The notes under the pieces were generated by a model. The model was not told where the DNA came from, ran no database searches, and saw nothing but the letters and a program-made list of their open reading frames with translations. Of a stretch of DNA of 64,000 bases, positions 11,815 through 24,000 are shown one piece after another; position 1 is the first letter of the stretch; every line of letters starts with the position of its first letter. Both the position numbers and the translations under genes were made by a program. Source of the DNA: Gracilinanus agilis (lineage: Eukaryota); assembly GCF_016433145.1 (NCBI RefSeq), contig NC_058130.1, forward strand, positions 207,571,048 to 207,635,047, given 5' to 3'.

Positions 11815-12990
11815 TTTTTAAATTTAATTAAATTTTTATTGATTAAGAAAATTTTTCCATGATCTTTCCTTCCTCTCCTCTCCTCCCATTCCCATAGCCA
11901 ACATGCAATTCCACTGGGTTTTACATGTGTCACTGATCAAGACTTATTTCTATATTATATTTGCACTAGGGTGATCATTTAGAGACTACATCCCTAATCA
12001 TATCCCCATCTACCCATGTGATCAAGCAGTTGTTTTTCTTCTGTGTTTCTGCTCCCACAGTTCTTTCTCAGGATGTGTTATCAAAAAAGAAAGTAAATAA
12101 GCTGAGTAGAGTAGGTATGAGGAAGGATAAAAGATAATAAGGGATTATAAGGTGATTGGAAGAGAAATGAAGGTATGGGAAGATATATAGGAGATAAAGG
12201 AAATGGTGTATGTAGGAGAGGCAGCTCAAACAAGTTTATTCCCAGAGGCTTGAGACAGAGGATACAGGGAAGAAACTAGGGCCAGTAAGAAACATTTAGG
12301 CTTGACTGGAGGGTTGGAACTTCACTTCTATTTATCGCTTTAAGTTCTAACTGACTTTCTGAACATTCTAAGATGTTTAACTGACGTTTTGTGACCGTTA
12401 AAAATTGCAGAAGCAAAAAGTTTCTGTTAGCCACCTTGCATTACAGATGTGGATAGATTTCTTTTTCATAGATCCCTCAGAAATGTCTTGGATCATTGCA
12501 TTGCTGCTAGTAGAGAAGTCCATTACATTTGGTTGTGCCACAGTGTATCAGTCTCTGTGTATAAGGTTCTCCTGATTCTGCTCCTTTCACTCTGCATCAA
12601 TTCCTAGAGGCCGTTCCAGTTCACATGGAATTCCTCCAATTCATTATTTCTTTTAGCACAATAGTATTCCATCACAAGCAGATAGCACAATTTGTTTAGC
12701 CATTCACCAATTGAAGGACATCCCCTCGTTTTCTAATTTTTTGCCACCACAAATAGCATAGCTATAAATGTTTTTATACAAGTCTTTTTCCTTATGATCT
12801 CTTTGGGGTATAAACCCAGCAGTGGTATGGTTGGATCAAAGAGTAGGTAGTCTTTTAAAGCCTTTAGGGCATAGTTCCATATTGCCATCCAGAATGGTTG
12901 GATCAATTCATAACTCTACCAGCAATGCATTAATGTCCCTATTTTGCCACATCCCCTCCAACATTTATTACTTTCCTTTGCTGTCATGGG
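11815..12990 (-). mobile_element. 5'-truncated L1 (ORF2 end and 3'UTR) split by an LTR
   Basis: ccactgggttttacatgtgtc; ctctttggggtataaacccagcagtggtatggttggatcaaag; collinear with the L1 at 26583-27493. Confidence 0.9.
12076..12445 (-). mobile_element. 370-bp solo LTR inserted in L1
   Basis: TG...CA termini (tgttatc...attaca); TSD gatg at 12072-12075 and 12446-12449; tttatt (minus AATAAA) near 12236. Removing it restores the L1 sequence ggatgtggatag. Confidence 0.85.
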
Positions 12991-13089
12991 CATCTTCTTT
13001 AAAAAGAGGATTTGGGAGAAGTACTCCACTGAACAGAAGGAAAAGAAGGATCAAATAAAGAAATACAGAGAAATATAATTAAAATTTTA

Positions 13090-13500
13090 AATAATATGAA
13101 CAATTTGGATTAGGTAATAGAAGATATGTCCAATAAGAAACAAAGAGAGATACTTATAAAGTTATAATGAAATAAATGGATATTCTAAGGGCTGCATTAG
13201 TAGAAGAAAGTTTTTAGTACATTAGGTGAATCCTTTTTATGAAAATCTGATGAAAAGACATGGTTTGGAAGATAGGAATGATTATCAAAAAATGTATGAA
13301 GTAAAGGAAACAATTCTGTCAACCTTATGCAGTACTACCAAAACCAAAATTTTGAAAGGGATCAACTGAAGCTTGAGGGATATGATTAATAAAGTAAGTA
13401 AAAGGAAATGCTTACCTTATATAGAAGTGTAAACTTTATGAGTTCCTTTCCTCCAAGAGGTTATACAGACTGAAAATATTAGTTGTATCATCTCCTCCCT
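13090..13500 (+). mobile_element. CR1/L3 3' fragment
   Basis: ctaagggctgcattagtagaag; atagaagtgtaaactttatgag...ccaagaggttatacagactgaaaat. Confidence 0.5.
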
Positions 13501-13569
13501 CTCCCCCCAAAATTAGGGATCACAGATTGACAGAAGATGGACAAGAGATTTAGGGGGCATATTTTAATT

Positions 13570-13960
13570 TATGGAGACAGTATAGTACTAGGTTTGGAGC
13601 CAAAAAGAACTACATTCTAATTTTGCCACTAACATTTAATTGCTCTGGGACTACAGGCAAGTTATTTAACCTCTACATGTCTTAGGCAATTTCCTAAAGA
13701 GTGTGTTACAATGGAACCGAAGTTAGAAGGCCTGGGTCCAGATTCCAATTCAGACACTTACTAGATCTATGATCCTTTGTAATTCTGTCCCTTTGTTCTT
13801 TAGCTTTCTCATCTATAAAATGAGGAATTTGGATCTAATGGCCTAAAAGATTCTTTCTGGCATAGAATCTTTAATTCTATGATTGTATACAAACAAAGAT
13901 ATTTGCATTATTAAAGGAAATTTCCACACCTAGAGTTCTCCATATAACTGAAATTGTCTC
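13570..13960 (+). mobile_element. MIR / Mar1 SINE fragments
   Basis: CORE-SINE motifs (ggcaagttatttaacctct; tttctcatctataaaatgagg) and a Mar1 tail (aaaggaaatttccacacctagagttctcc). Confidence 0.6.
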
Positions 13961-13979
13961 TAATTTATGAGATTGACAT

Positions 13980-14150
13980 CAAATCAGGGATATATTGGAG
14001 AAGCTCAAACCAGCTCAAGAGAACTAATTTCTCAACTTTCAACATGAACATTTATACCTCAGAAATCTATAAACACAACAAATTTGGGCTTGATTTATTG
14101 TTTTGTTGATTGTCTAGACTTAAGGAAGTGATGAAGAAAATTAGAAGAAC
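13980..14150. mobile_element. Old DNA-transposon-like fragment (family uncertain)
   Basis: gggcttgatttattgttttgttgattgtctagacttaag resembles a recurrent marsupial repeat; no TSD seen. Confidence 0.35.
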
Positions 14151-14189
14151 ATTATTTATCAGATTTACAAATAGGAGAAGAATTGATGA

Positions 14190-15375
14190 ATAAGTAAGAG
14201 ATAGAAAGCATTGCAAAATATAAAACTGATAATTTTGAATACATTAAATTAAAATTTAAAAAGGCTTTGTACAAATAAAACCAATACAGCTAAGATTAGA
14301 AGGAAAGCTGAGAAAAAATTAATATTTTCTTAGAGATCTCATGTCTAAAATATATAGAGAACATTGTTAAGAATATAAGAATATGAACCATTTATTCTCT
14401 AATTGATAAATGGTCAAAAGATATTAATGACAGTTTTTGAATGAACAAATCAAAGCTATAGATAACTTCATGGAAAAAACTCAATTATTATCAATTAGAG
14501 AATACAAATCAAAATAATTCTGAGACATCATCTAACATCTATGAGATTGGTTTGAAAGATAAAATGGCAAATGTTGCAGGGGATGTGGAAAAATGGGTGC
14601 ATTGTGGGTAAATCTGAACTGTTCCAAACATTTTGAAGAGTAAACTATAATTATGCCCAAAGAGTTATAAAGTTACAAAACCTTTTGACCCAGTAATACC
14701 ACTATTAAGCTTATTTCCTGAGGTAATCAGAGAAAAAGTAAAAGAATCTATATTTTCTACAATATTTATAACAGCCCTTTTTGAGGTGGCAATGTATTAG
14801 AAATTGAGGAGATACTCATCAGTTGGGGAATGGATCAACAAGTTGAATATGTTTGTGATGGAATACTATTGCACCATAAGAAATGACAAGCAGGTTAATT
14901 TTATAAAAAAACATGGAAAGATCCACATGATATTATGAAGAATGAAATGAGAGTGAAATGAAGAGTGAAAAGAAATATAACATTATATTTAACAACAGAA
15001 ACATTGTTTGAAGAATGACTTGTGAATGTCTACCTCTAAAGAAAGAACTGATAACTAGAAACAAGCAAGACATAGTTTTGTTTTGTTTTGTTTTTTAAAC
15101 CCTTAACTTCTGTGTATTGGTTCCTTGGTGGAAGAGTGGTAAGGATGGGCAATGGGAGTCAAGTGACTTGCCCAGGGTCACACAGCTGGAAAGTGTCTGA
15201 GGCCTGACTCTCAATCCACTGAGCTACCCAGTTGCCCCCTAAGACATAGTTTTATGTATACATAAATCTTTTTTGTCAAATCATACTTTCTCCAGTGTGG
15301 GGAGGGAAGGGAGAGTGGGAGATACCTGGGAATCTTAATTGTAACAAATAAATATATTTAAAAAGAAATAAAAAA
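14190..15375 (+). mobile_element. L1 ORF2 3' end and 3'UTR, interrupted by a SINE
   Basis: aattgataaatggtcaaaagatatt; cttttgacccagtaataccactattaag; ends gtgtggggagggaagggag...aaataaaaaat. Confidence 0.85.
15080..15240 (-). mobile_element. SINE1_Mdo-like SINE (short-tail variant, internal deletion)
   Basis: 13-bp TSD aagacatagtttt at 15067-15079 and 15241-15253; (TTTTG)n tail. Confidence 0.9.
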
Positions 15376-15419
15376 TAATTTTTTTTTGCAGATTAAACCT
15401 AAAAGCTTGACATATATAC

Positions 15420-16106
15420 TGTGAAGATAGAATTAACTTTCCCTTCATCTATTTTTAGTTAATCAAATCAAGAACTTAAAGTAGCTAGCTAACCATTAGG
15501 TAAGAGAGCTCACAAGTCACTTAATAGTTCACACCCCAAAGGCCACAAGCATAGCACCCTGCTTGGGCAGTGATAGACAAATTGAAAGACTGCAATTGGT
15601 TTCTGTGAAGAGGAAGAGAGATAGGTAATAATGTGGAAAAAGGAGACCAACAAGGTCTGGCCTCTCTTTTTGGTCTTGGCTTTTGGAGAAACTGGTTCCA
15701 GACATTCCTTCCTTGGCTTTTGGAGAGACTCTTCCCTTGGATTCTGTGTTGGTAAGCAGATTTGTAGAGACATTCTTTTCCTTTGGAGTCATTCTGCATT
15801 GGTGAAACTCTGGCTGAAGATAGCACTGGGACTTCTGGCTGAGGACTACTGGGAAATCCACATGGGGATTGGGACTTGGAGAAGCCCCTTTTGCGTGCTG
15901 AACTGGACTCACTTCACCAGAGAAGCACTTAGGGCTGGTAGGCGAGACCAGGCTTTGTCTCCTTCATATATTTCCCACTTTCACTATTTCTACCTTGCTG
16001 TAAATAAAAGCTGCTAACAGTCATTTTGACTTAGGGGCTAATATTTTGTAAACGGCAACTACTTTTATAATTCTAATATCGAGTCAAAACAATTTTAAAT
16101 CTTATA
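15420..16106 (+). mobile_element. Solo LTR
   Basis: Starts tgtgaagatagaattaa; aataaa near 16002 followed by a U5-like region. The ORFs at 15510-16017 fall inside it. No TSD seen. Confidence 0.75.
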
Positions 16107-16284
16107 ATTCTACCTCCTTCTCCTTGGAAAGCGAATTGTTAAAAATTGTCCAGCATACTTTTACATTGAGAAAAATTCCCATCTTCTTCTATAATACATC
16201 TCTCAATCCCCTAATGGTATATATAGCTCATGTTTCTATTTCTTACTGTGATTGTGTCTATGCTCTCTTTCCAGGGAATATTGT

Positions 16285-16440
16285 GATACAATGGGAAAAG
16301 GAGGAACCTTGGAATCAAAGGACTTGTATTTCAGACAAGTCTATGGTCCTTTTTACCTTTATGCTTTTAGATAAGTCATTTAAGCTTTCTGGGTCTCAAT
16401 AATTTTATCTATAAAATAGGGGGGATTAGACTCAGCACAG
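16285..16440 (+). mobile_element. MIR-family SINE
   Basis: gataagtcatttaagctttctgggtctc...tctataaaatagggggattagact. Confidence 0.6.
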
Positions 16441-16969
16441 AATCACATATATTGAGAATTAGAAAGGAACTGAGATATCATCTAGTATGGGAGTTTTTAA
16501 CCTGGTTTCCTCAGATACCCAAAGATTAGAGACACATTTCAAGAAGTCCATGAACTTGGATGGGAAAAAAAATAACATGTTCATTTTCAATAAGCTATAA
16601 TTGAAATTTAGCATTTTCTTCAAATATGAGTAAAACAAAAGATAAAAAACCCACCACTGGTAGAAGCTTTGTCAGAATACCAAAAGGAATCAACACAAAA
16701 CATTTTTTTAAACCTCGATGTAGTCTGATGTGTACACAAAAGGAATTGCCAATATAGCACAACCAACAAGTAGTCACAATGAACTGATAAACTCTTAGGT
16801 TATATCTAACTCAAAATCTATGTTGTTATGATTCTGTGACTTTCACTGATCTGTGGAAAGTGGTAAATGTTTCATGGAAACAACATTTAATTTAATAAAA
16901 CTAACCTATCAAAGATTGCCTTAACAAATCAGTCACAAATAAAGAAAGATCTTTCTAACTGGAACTATT

Positions 16970-17190
16970 TTAATGTCTCCCTCCTGTGATTCACCCCCCT
17001 AAATGCCTCTCCCCCTCAAGCATTTCTGTCTCTTAAGGTATTTATCACATTCTTTCTTATAGATATCTATTTTGTATTGTATGATGTTTAAAGGACAAGA
17101 GTTTTCTTCCTCTTCGAATTCCCAAAGCTTCTATCACATTTCCCAGCATAGAGAAGAACCACAATGTATGCTTGTTAAGTTGTATTGAAT
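16970..17190 (+). mobile_element. L2 3' end
   Basis: aaaggacaagagttttc...cccagcatagag...gcttgttaagttgtattgaattg. Confidence 0.5.
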
Positions 17191-17696
17191 TGGGGACATT
17201 TCTACAAATTCATAAAAATGTACATTGTTGAGTATTTTAAAAAAGAAAAATAGTTGTATTACTTCCAACCTCTCAGACTAACTTATGTTTTCAAGATGAG
17301 ATTCTTCTTTAACAAATAGTTAAGATTATTTGTATTAATAGGACATTTGGTCTACAAATAGGGTATTCACTTTTAAGAACTATTTGTTCTCTGAGATGGG
17401 TTAATATATTGCCCCTTACACTATCACTCATTTTCTAAATTTGCTTAACAAATCTTTTCTTTGTAGACAAAATAAAAGTAAACTTTGTGCCTGTCTAAGT
17501 CAAATTATTACAAATTCCAAATGAGTAGAATCAAAATTAGTAAGATTTATTATACTGTCATAGTGATTTACTCAACTAGGCCAAAAGCAAGTGATGAGTA
17601 GCCATAAGATTTGATTACAAGAGGATTATGGAACCTCTAGTTTGGTTGCAAAGAGAGGGAAGAAAGACAAAAGCCCTGGAAAAAAATATAATCTTA

Positions 17697-17846
17697 GGGG
17701 GGGGCAGCTGGGTGGCTCAGTGAATTGAGAGCCAGACCTAGAGATGGGAGGTCCTGGGTTCAAATCTGGTCTCAGACACTTCCTAGCTGTGTGACCCTGG
17801 GCAAGTCACAACCCCCATTGCCTAGCCAATACATAGTATTCATTCC
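17697..17846 (+). mobile_element. SINE1_Mdo-like SINE truncated by an assembly gap
   Basis: ggggcagctgggtggctcagtg...tgtgaccctgggcaagtcac, running into Ns. Confidence 0.9.
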
Positions 17847-18022
17847 NNNNNNNNNNNNNNNNNNNNNNNNNNNNNNNNNNNNNNNNNNNNNNNNNNNNNN
17901 NNNNNNNNNNNNNNNNNNNNNNNNNNNNNNNNNNNNNNNNNNNNNNNNNNNNNNNNNNNNNNNNNNNNNNNNNNNNNNNNNNNNNNNNNNNNNNNNNNNN
18001 NNNNNNNNNNNNNNNNNNNNNN
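17847..18022. other. Assembly gap (176 N)
   Basis: Run of N; the three poly-X ORFs are artefacts of it. Confidence 1.
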
Positions 18023-18099
18023 CTCTCAAAAGGAAAAATTAATTCCCTATACTTTCTAAAAAATAAACCTAATAACTTCATGAATATAAAGTTAATATT

Positions 18100-18320
18100 A
18101 GGTTATTGAGAGGCATAATGGAAAGAATCCTGGACCTGGAATTAAGATGAGCTGGGCTAATACCCTTCCTTTTAAACTTATGGGCTGTGTGTGACCATGG
18201 CAAATTATTTAACCTTTTCTTAGTCTTATTCAATTCCCTGAGATTTTTACTGAGTAATAGGAAAGTTGTGACCTTCATTGATGGATGAATTTTCCACATG
18301 AATGAAACGACAGATATTTG
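18100..18320 (+). mobile_element. Mar1-like CORE SINE
   Basis: gaggcataatggaaagaatcctggacctgg...ttcattgatggatgaatttccacatgaatgaaacgacagat. Confidence 0.55.
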
Positions 18321-18589
18321 AAATCTTAAATTATCACCTACAGCCTTCTCTTACGTAGGATAAATAGTACTAGGTTCATGAAGGAACATAGGATCATAGA
18401 TTGAGAACTGCTTCCCTAATTGGTCCTATTTTCCTTTGTAGTAATGCAAGTCATAATCACAGTCAGCCAATTAACAAGGTACTAGGGAAATAAGCATTAT
18501 TGACTTTTTTTAAAGCTTGTCTGCTTTGTCTCTTTTTTCAAGGCTACATCATCAAAGCCATCTCCTCTGGATGACACTTCATGGGCAAG

Positions 18590-18730
18590 ATTAAATGAAA
18601 AGGAGAAAGAATAAAGAAGGGGAAAAGGGAGGAGAAGGGTAACAAGAGAAAAAATGGAGAGAGGAGGGAACAGAGAAAGCAAGGGGATATGAAAGGAGGA
18701 GGAAATCGGGAGTGGAGAGAGAAGCAGGAG
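18590..18730. repeat. Purine-rich low-complexity tract
   Basis: A/G-rich run; explains the Leu/Phe/Pro-rich ORF 18497-18736. Confidence 0.8.
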
Positions 18731-20324
18731 CTGCAAACAGCCTTCTGTGATTTAGTTCAGGTGCTTTTCAGTTGAAAGGATTTTTGGTTTTCACCTGTCT
18801 GCATGTTCTTAAAAAATAGTGCATTGTTTTAAAATGTCAGTGCACATCTGTGCATCACTGCACTTTTGTTGAGATTCTGGCAGGCTTCCAAAAAGCCAAG
18901 TCCATGTTAATAGGGGCTGTGTTCCTGCTGCTTTGTCCACCTGCCGACTGCCTGGTGTTGTTCCTTTTTGCTGTGTTGTCCAACTGCTAATCAGTCAGGA
19001 TGGCCCACTTGCTATCCTCCTCACCTGTTGAAGAGCTGCTGCTGCCCCACATCCTGAATTTTTCAATCACTGACAGCTTCCTGTAGCTAGCTTACTGCCC
19101 TGGCCAGCTGCTAAGAATTTATTTGTAATAAGACTAATATTTTGGCTAATCATTTTCACAGGAATCAAGACACGCCTGACCATTATGAAGCCCCTATCCA
19201 TACTCCTCTCCCCTGAGGTAGGATGGCAGAATTATGTTCATTAAAAAATCTTTTCATAATGACATCCTTACTATCAAAGGGCACAGAGATGATTGACCTT
19301 GGCATCCAGGATTAAGGCAGCATTATTTTTCTTGATTACCGGCAGTCGAATAGAAGGGAAATTATAAAGCCATTGAGAGGATTAATACAACCTTGATCTC
19401 TCTCTCCTGGCTCTTTACCTCAAGTGATTAAAATTCTGCTGGAAAAAAAAATGGTCATGTAGCATACGCCTGCTGCCACAGATAGATACAGTATCGGCTC
19501 CATGCATCAGCTCACTGTGACAGCCCGCGCAAAGGTTAATTATGCATGCTGTATATAGTTTTAATCACTTTAATCAGAGCACTGTTCCACTGCAGCCCAG
19601 GCTATAACTTTTCTACAAGCAGGGAAAGCACTTCAAGCATGGCAGTGTTTGTATAGGGGGCAAAAAGAGAAGAAAAATGGTACATTAACCACAGAAAGAA
19701 AGATAATGCAAAAGCTATTGACTGAACAACAAGATTAAACTGGGTGTCCGTACTAGAACCCAGAGAGAATGGCTAAGGAAAACTGGAGAAATGACCTTTT
19801 GCAGCACACTTGGTGTAATCAGAGAGCTGGCCCTTGGGTGAGACTTGTAATTAAATGTCCTAAGCTCAATTTTTGAGGGTCAGGATGGTAGAGCAGAAAG
19901 AATATACGGCTAGAAATCAGAAAACCCTGGTTCTAATTCTGGCTCCATCACTAGATTATTGGTTCTATGTCCTTTGGCAAGTCACAGTACTCCCCCTTGG
20001 CCTTAACTTCCTCACCCACAGAGTGACAGGTATAGGAGCAGTTATACTTGTAGCGACCCTGGCAAGTTCCATGAGACTTGTCTCCTTCACTAGTTTTCAT
20101 AGTCTACATTCACCTGGGGTTTTTATAAAAGAATTGTGTAATAATGACAACAATTAAGAGATATATTTATGTTTGGCCTTGGAATACAGTAAGAAAAGCA
20201 CATTCAGATACCCCTTACACTCACCTGTGTGTGTGCATGTACAAACACACAAGTTAATCTCCAAGAACTTTGGCCCTAACCCCTTTTTGGTACAGCTCAA
20301 CTGTTAGTATCCTAGGCTGCTTTT

Positions 20325-20470
20325 ATCCAAAGTTCTTAACCATTTTATATGGACCCATGCTCAGAATAATGTTTTTAAATGCACAAAATGAATAGGATTA
20401 TAAAGGGAAACTGTATGAAATACAGTTATCAAAAGGTGTTGGTTTTCTAAAAATCACAGGAATCCCTACT
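20325..20470. mobile_element. Old Charlie-type MITE fragment (same family as 46747-46950, opposite orientation)
   Basis: ttcttaacc...ctcagaataatgtttttaaatgcacaaaat...aggatta...gaaatacagttatcaaaa is the reverse complement of motifs at 46.8 kb. Confidence 0.55.
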
Positions 20471-20835
20471 CTAAATAATGGAAAAATTAAAAAAAAACAA
20501 AACTACCTGTAAATAATAAAAAATGGATTATAAGATGGATAAGAAAAATTGCAGGAAAAGGTAAGGAAGACCAATTTGTATATTTTCTTCCCAGAAGACT
20601 TTACTTTCATAACATACATCTATAATGTAACATTTTGCACATGACACAAAAGATTTCCAAATTTTAAATCTGGTTGTTAATCTTTAGTTATTAGAAAATA
20701 TTCATTAAAATAGACTATATGGATTGTAATCTGTGATTTTGTCCATAATTTAAAGAGTTAATGAGTTTCCCAAGGATGTAAAAGGTTAATTCACTTATCT
20801 ATAGTTATGAAGCAAGCAAGCACCGAAGTCAGGAT

Positions 20836-21040
20836 TTTTTCTTTAAACCTTTATCTTCTATCTTAGAATTGCCACTAAGTATCAGTTCCAAAGTAAAAGA
20901 GCAGTAAGGGCTAGACAACTGAGATTAAGTGACCTGCCTAGGCTCAGATAGCTAGGAAGTATCTAAGGCCACATTTGAACCCAGGACCTTCCCTCTCCTG
21001 GCCTGGCACTCTATCCACTGAGCCACCTAGATGCTCCCAA
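20836..21040 (-). mobile_element. Older SINE1-like SINE inserted in a MIR
   Basis: 10-bp TSD aagtcaggat at 20826-20835 and 21041-21050. Confidence 0.85.
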
Positions 21041-24000
21041 AAGTCAGGATATGAACCAAGGATTTCCTTGCTCCGAGTTCACTTCTCTGTTGTGCCATGC
21101 TATTTCTCTATATGAAATATATAGCAAATGAGACAATATATGCAAAGCATTTTGCAAACCATAAAGTACTATATAAATGTTGGCTATTATTATTCTTAAA
21201 CCATATATTTTTTAAAATAGGCCATACCGACTGGGGAAATCAAACATTCATTTTATAAAAGGATTGTTTGATTTATCACAGAATTGATGAAAGGAACCCT
21301 TTACACAATGAGCTCACCCTGACACATTCAAGTTACAATTTAGTTTTACCCCCCCAAAAATTAAACTACATGTTACTGATTACACAAAACATAGCATATC
21401 TATATGAAGATGTGAAAGTTTTAAAAAAAATATTGTCATTATATCATGAACCTGGATTGGAAATTGTACTGCTAAAATTTAAAATTCTCCTATAAAGCTT
21501 TCCCTCAGTGACAAGGGTATAACTGATCTCATTAGGCTAATTATAGGGTAAGAAATTACACCTAGATTTAGAGAAGAAAAATATTAACTGAGTTGTCCAC
21601 ATCCCATTTCAGCTCTAATACTCAAATGGTCACTTATATTGATTAGTTGTGACACTAAATGAAAAGGGGGTGGGGGAATCAACACAGAAATGCCTTATCT
21701 CTCTCTTCTTCAAGCCCTTTTCCCTAAAAATTCCCATTAAGCACCCATGATCTTGTAATACAATGTTAATCTGCTTTGGATAATGAATTGCTTAGAATCT
21801 AAATATCTTAGCACAATGTAAGCTCTCTATAGCAATAATACTGCATTTATTTTCCTTTTAATACTAGAAATCAAATTACCTAAAAAAGAGTTTCTAAAAT
21901 GATCCATTTAACTCACTTTCATATTTTTAGCAATTTGTTCTTCAGCCAGATTTTTCTAAAATGAAAAAAGTAACTTCTACCACCCCCACACACTCCCACC
22001 ACAATCTTAATAAGATGTTGCATCTTGTCATTGAGATGCCTCAGGTTTTTAAGGCTAGGCCAGCAGGGCACAAACTGGCAATTCATGTTCTGACCTAGCT
22101 GGAAAGGCTTCAAGAATGAGCTGGGTAAATGACTTATAAGTATGTTGTCCAAGGGTGACCCAAGGCTTTTCATAGAGATTCATCACTAGGTTGGCCACAA
22201 TGGGAAGTATTATGGGGCCATGACAACTGTCAGATACTAGGATCTACAGAAGTGTAATGGAGTTAGACTGTGATAGGCATCAGAACCTTCCCCCACTGAA
22301 AGAACTGCAGGTTCTTGAAGAATATAAATACTAAAGAAAACCACATGCATGCAGGCTCAGCTACCTGAGTAGAAGGGCAAACAGTCATGAAACAGTGTGG
22401 AATAGTAATTAGTTAAAATACTGGGATAAAGTCTATATTGGGAGTGTAAGACTTGCAATTTCATAAACCTGTGGAAATTCTACCCCCAAATAATATCTTC
22501 TTTCAGGTAGCTTAAGAAGCCAATTACAGTAGACCTTTAAAAATACTTTTCTGAAAGCTGTTGGGGGAGGGAAATGGGGTGGTGGTGGTGGTGAAGCTCT
22601 GTAGTGACAGTATTTCAGCATTTATCTGCTACTATTTAGATCATTTGTTACTATTAATGATGCAATGACAACACTTTGTATTTATAAAGAACCTTTTTGC
22701 ATTGTGCTCAGAAGGATGATCCAAAATAAATTCACAAGGTTTTAAGATGCACTGCTCAGGGAACAATAAACATCAGGTGGCATTTCTTTCTCATAATATG
22801 ATTTAAACAGCATTTTCTTTTCCTCCCCTGTGGGAACAAAAGGAACTAATATATTATTTGTTAAAGGTTGCAGGCATTGTACTATGCTAGTTTTTTTTTT
22901 TTAATTTAAGCTTAAACTTTAACCCTTAAACAACCTTCTTCCTTTATGAACTAAGATAGATTCCTACTCTATGTAATTTCCTACTAGGATCAAGATACCC
23001 TCAGCTCTATAAAGTGTCAACCTAACATGGAATATAAAGTATTTTCCTTCCAGATATCTCATCATACTTCACTTCCTTTATGTAATTTGTCTTAACATAT
23101 TTTGTCTTACACATGAGATAATTTAACATAATTTGTCTTACACATAAGATAGCTGGAGAGTTGGGAGGAGGTTCTAGAAGAGTGTACCCCATGTAATCTT
23201 TGCTATCTGGCCCAGCCCAGGGCAGAGTGGCTATGGAAAGAAATATGGCCCAAGTAGGAGAATGCTGAATGTGGAGTCGGAAGCTTTATATTTGAGTTCT
23301 GACTCTGTTTCTTATGTCATGTGTGTTCTCAGGAACATAGTTGATAACCCTTCTGAGATGGCTTCTTCATCTGTCAAATGAGGAAATGAACATAAATGAT
23401 CTCTCAGGGACCTTGCAGGTCTAATTTCTATGTTCCTATGGCACCCCAAAAAAGTATTCTGAATAAACTTGGCATTTAATAATGATTGGATGAAAATAAA
23501 TTGAGTGTTTGCTTCCATTTATAGCCTGAGAAACTGAAGGATGGCTTTAAATGGCTGGCCCAATAAAATCCAAAAAGCCAGTAAGACCTCCTGATGACCC
23601 ATAATGCCTGACTTTCAGTTCAGTATTCTCCTTTTGCCATGATTCCACTAATCAAATTCTTCAAGAAAGAAAAATTTTAAAAGAGCTCTTCTGAAACACT
23701 TTCATATTGCATTCATTTCCATTTTTTGTTGTATGAAGAAATACTCAATTGAAAACTCAAAATAGGAAAAAAAACAGAATTAGCATCATTTTGGTTTAAT
23801 GAGAAATGTCAATAGAATTGACATTTTCCTCTTGTACTGTTGCCTTCTAACAAGGTGTTAAAATAATTGTTTTTTTCCTATGGAGAACATTGATATCATA
23901 AAGATCATTTATTTATTCTGGAGCATTAGATGACAAAAGCAAGTGGTATAGAGAAGTTTTTCTCACTGGAAGGTATAGGAGATGACGGTAAGTACTTTAT

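Noticed and set aside
15510-16017. Four overlapping ORFs
   Set aside because: All inside a solo LTR; no gag, pol or env motifs.
17725-18081. Three ORFs with poly-X
   Set aside because: Artefacts of the N gap plus SINE sequence.
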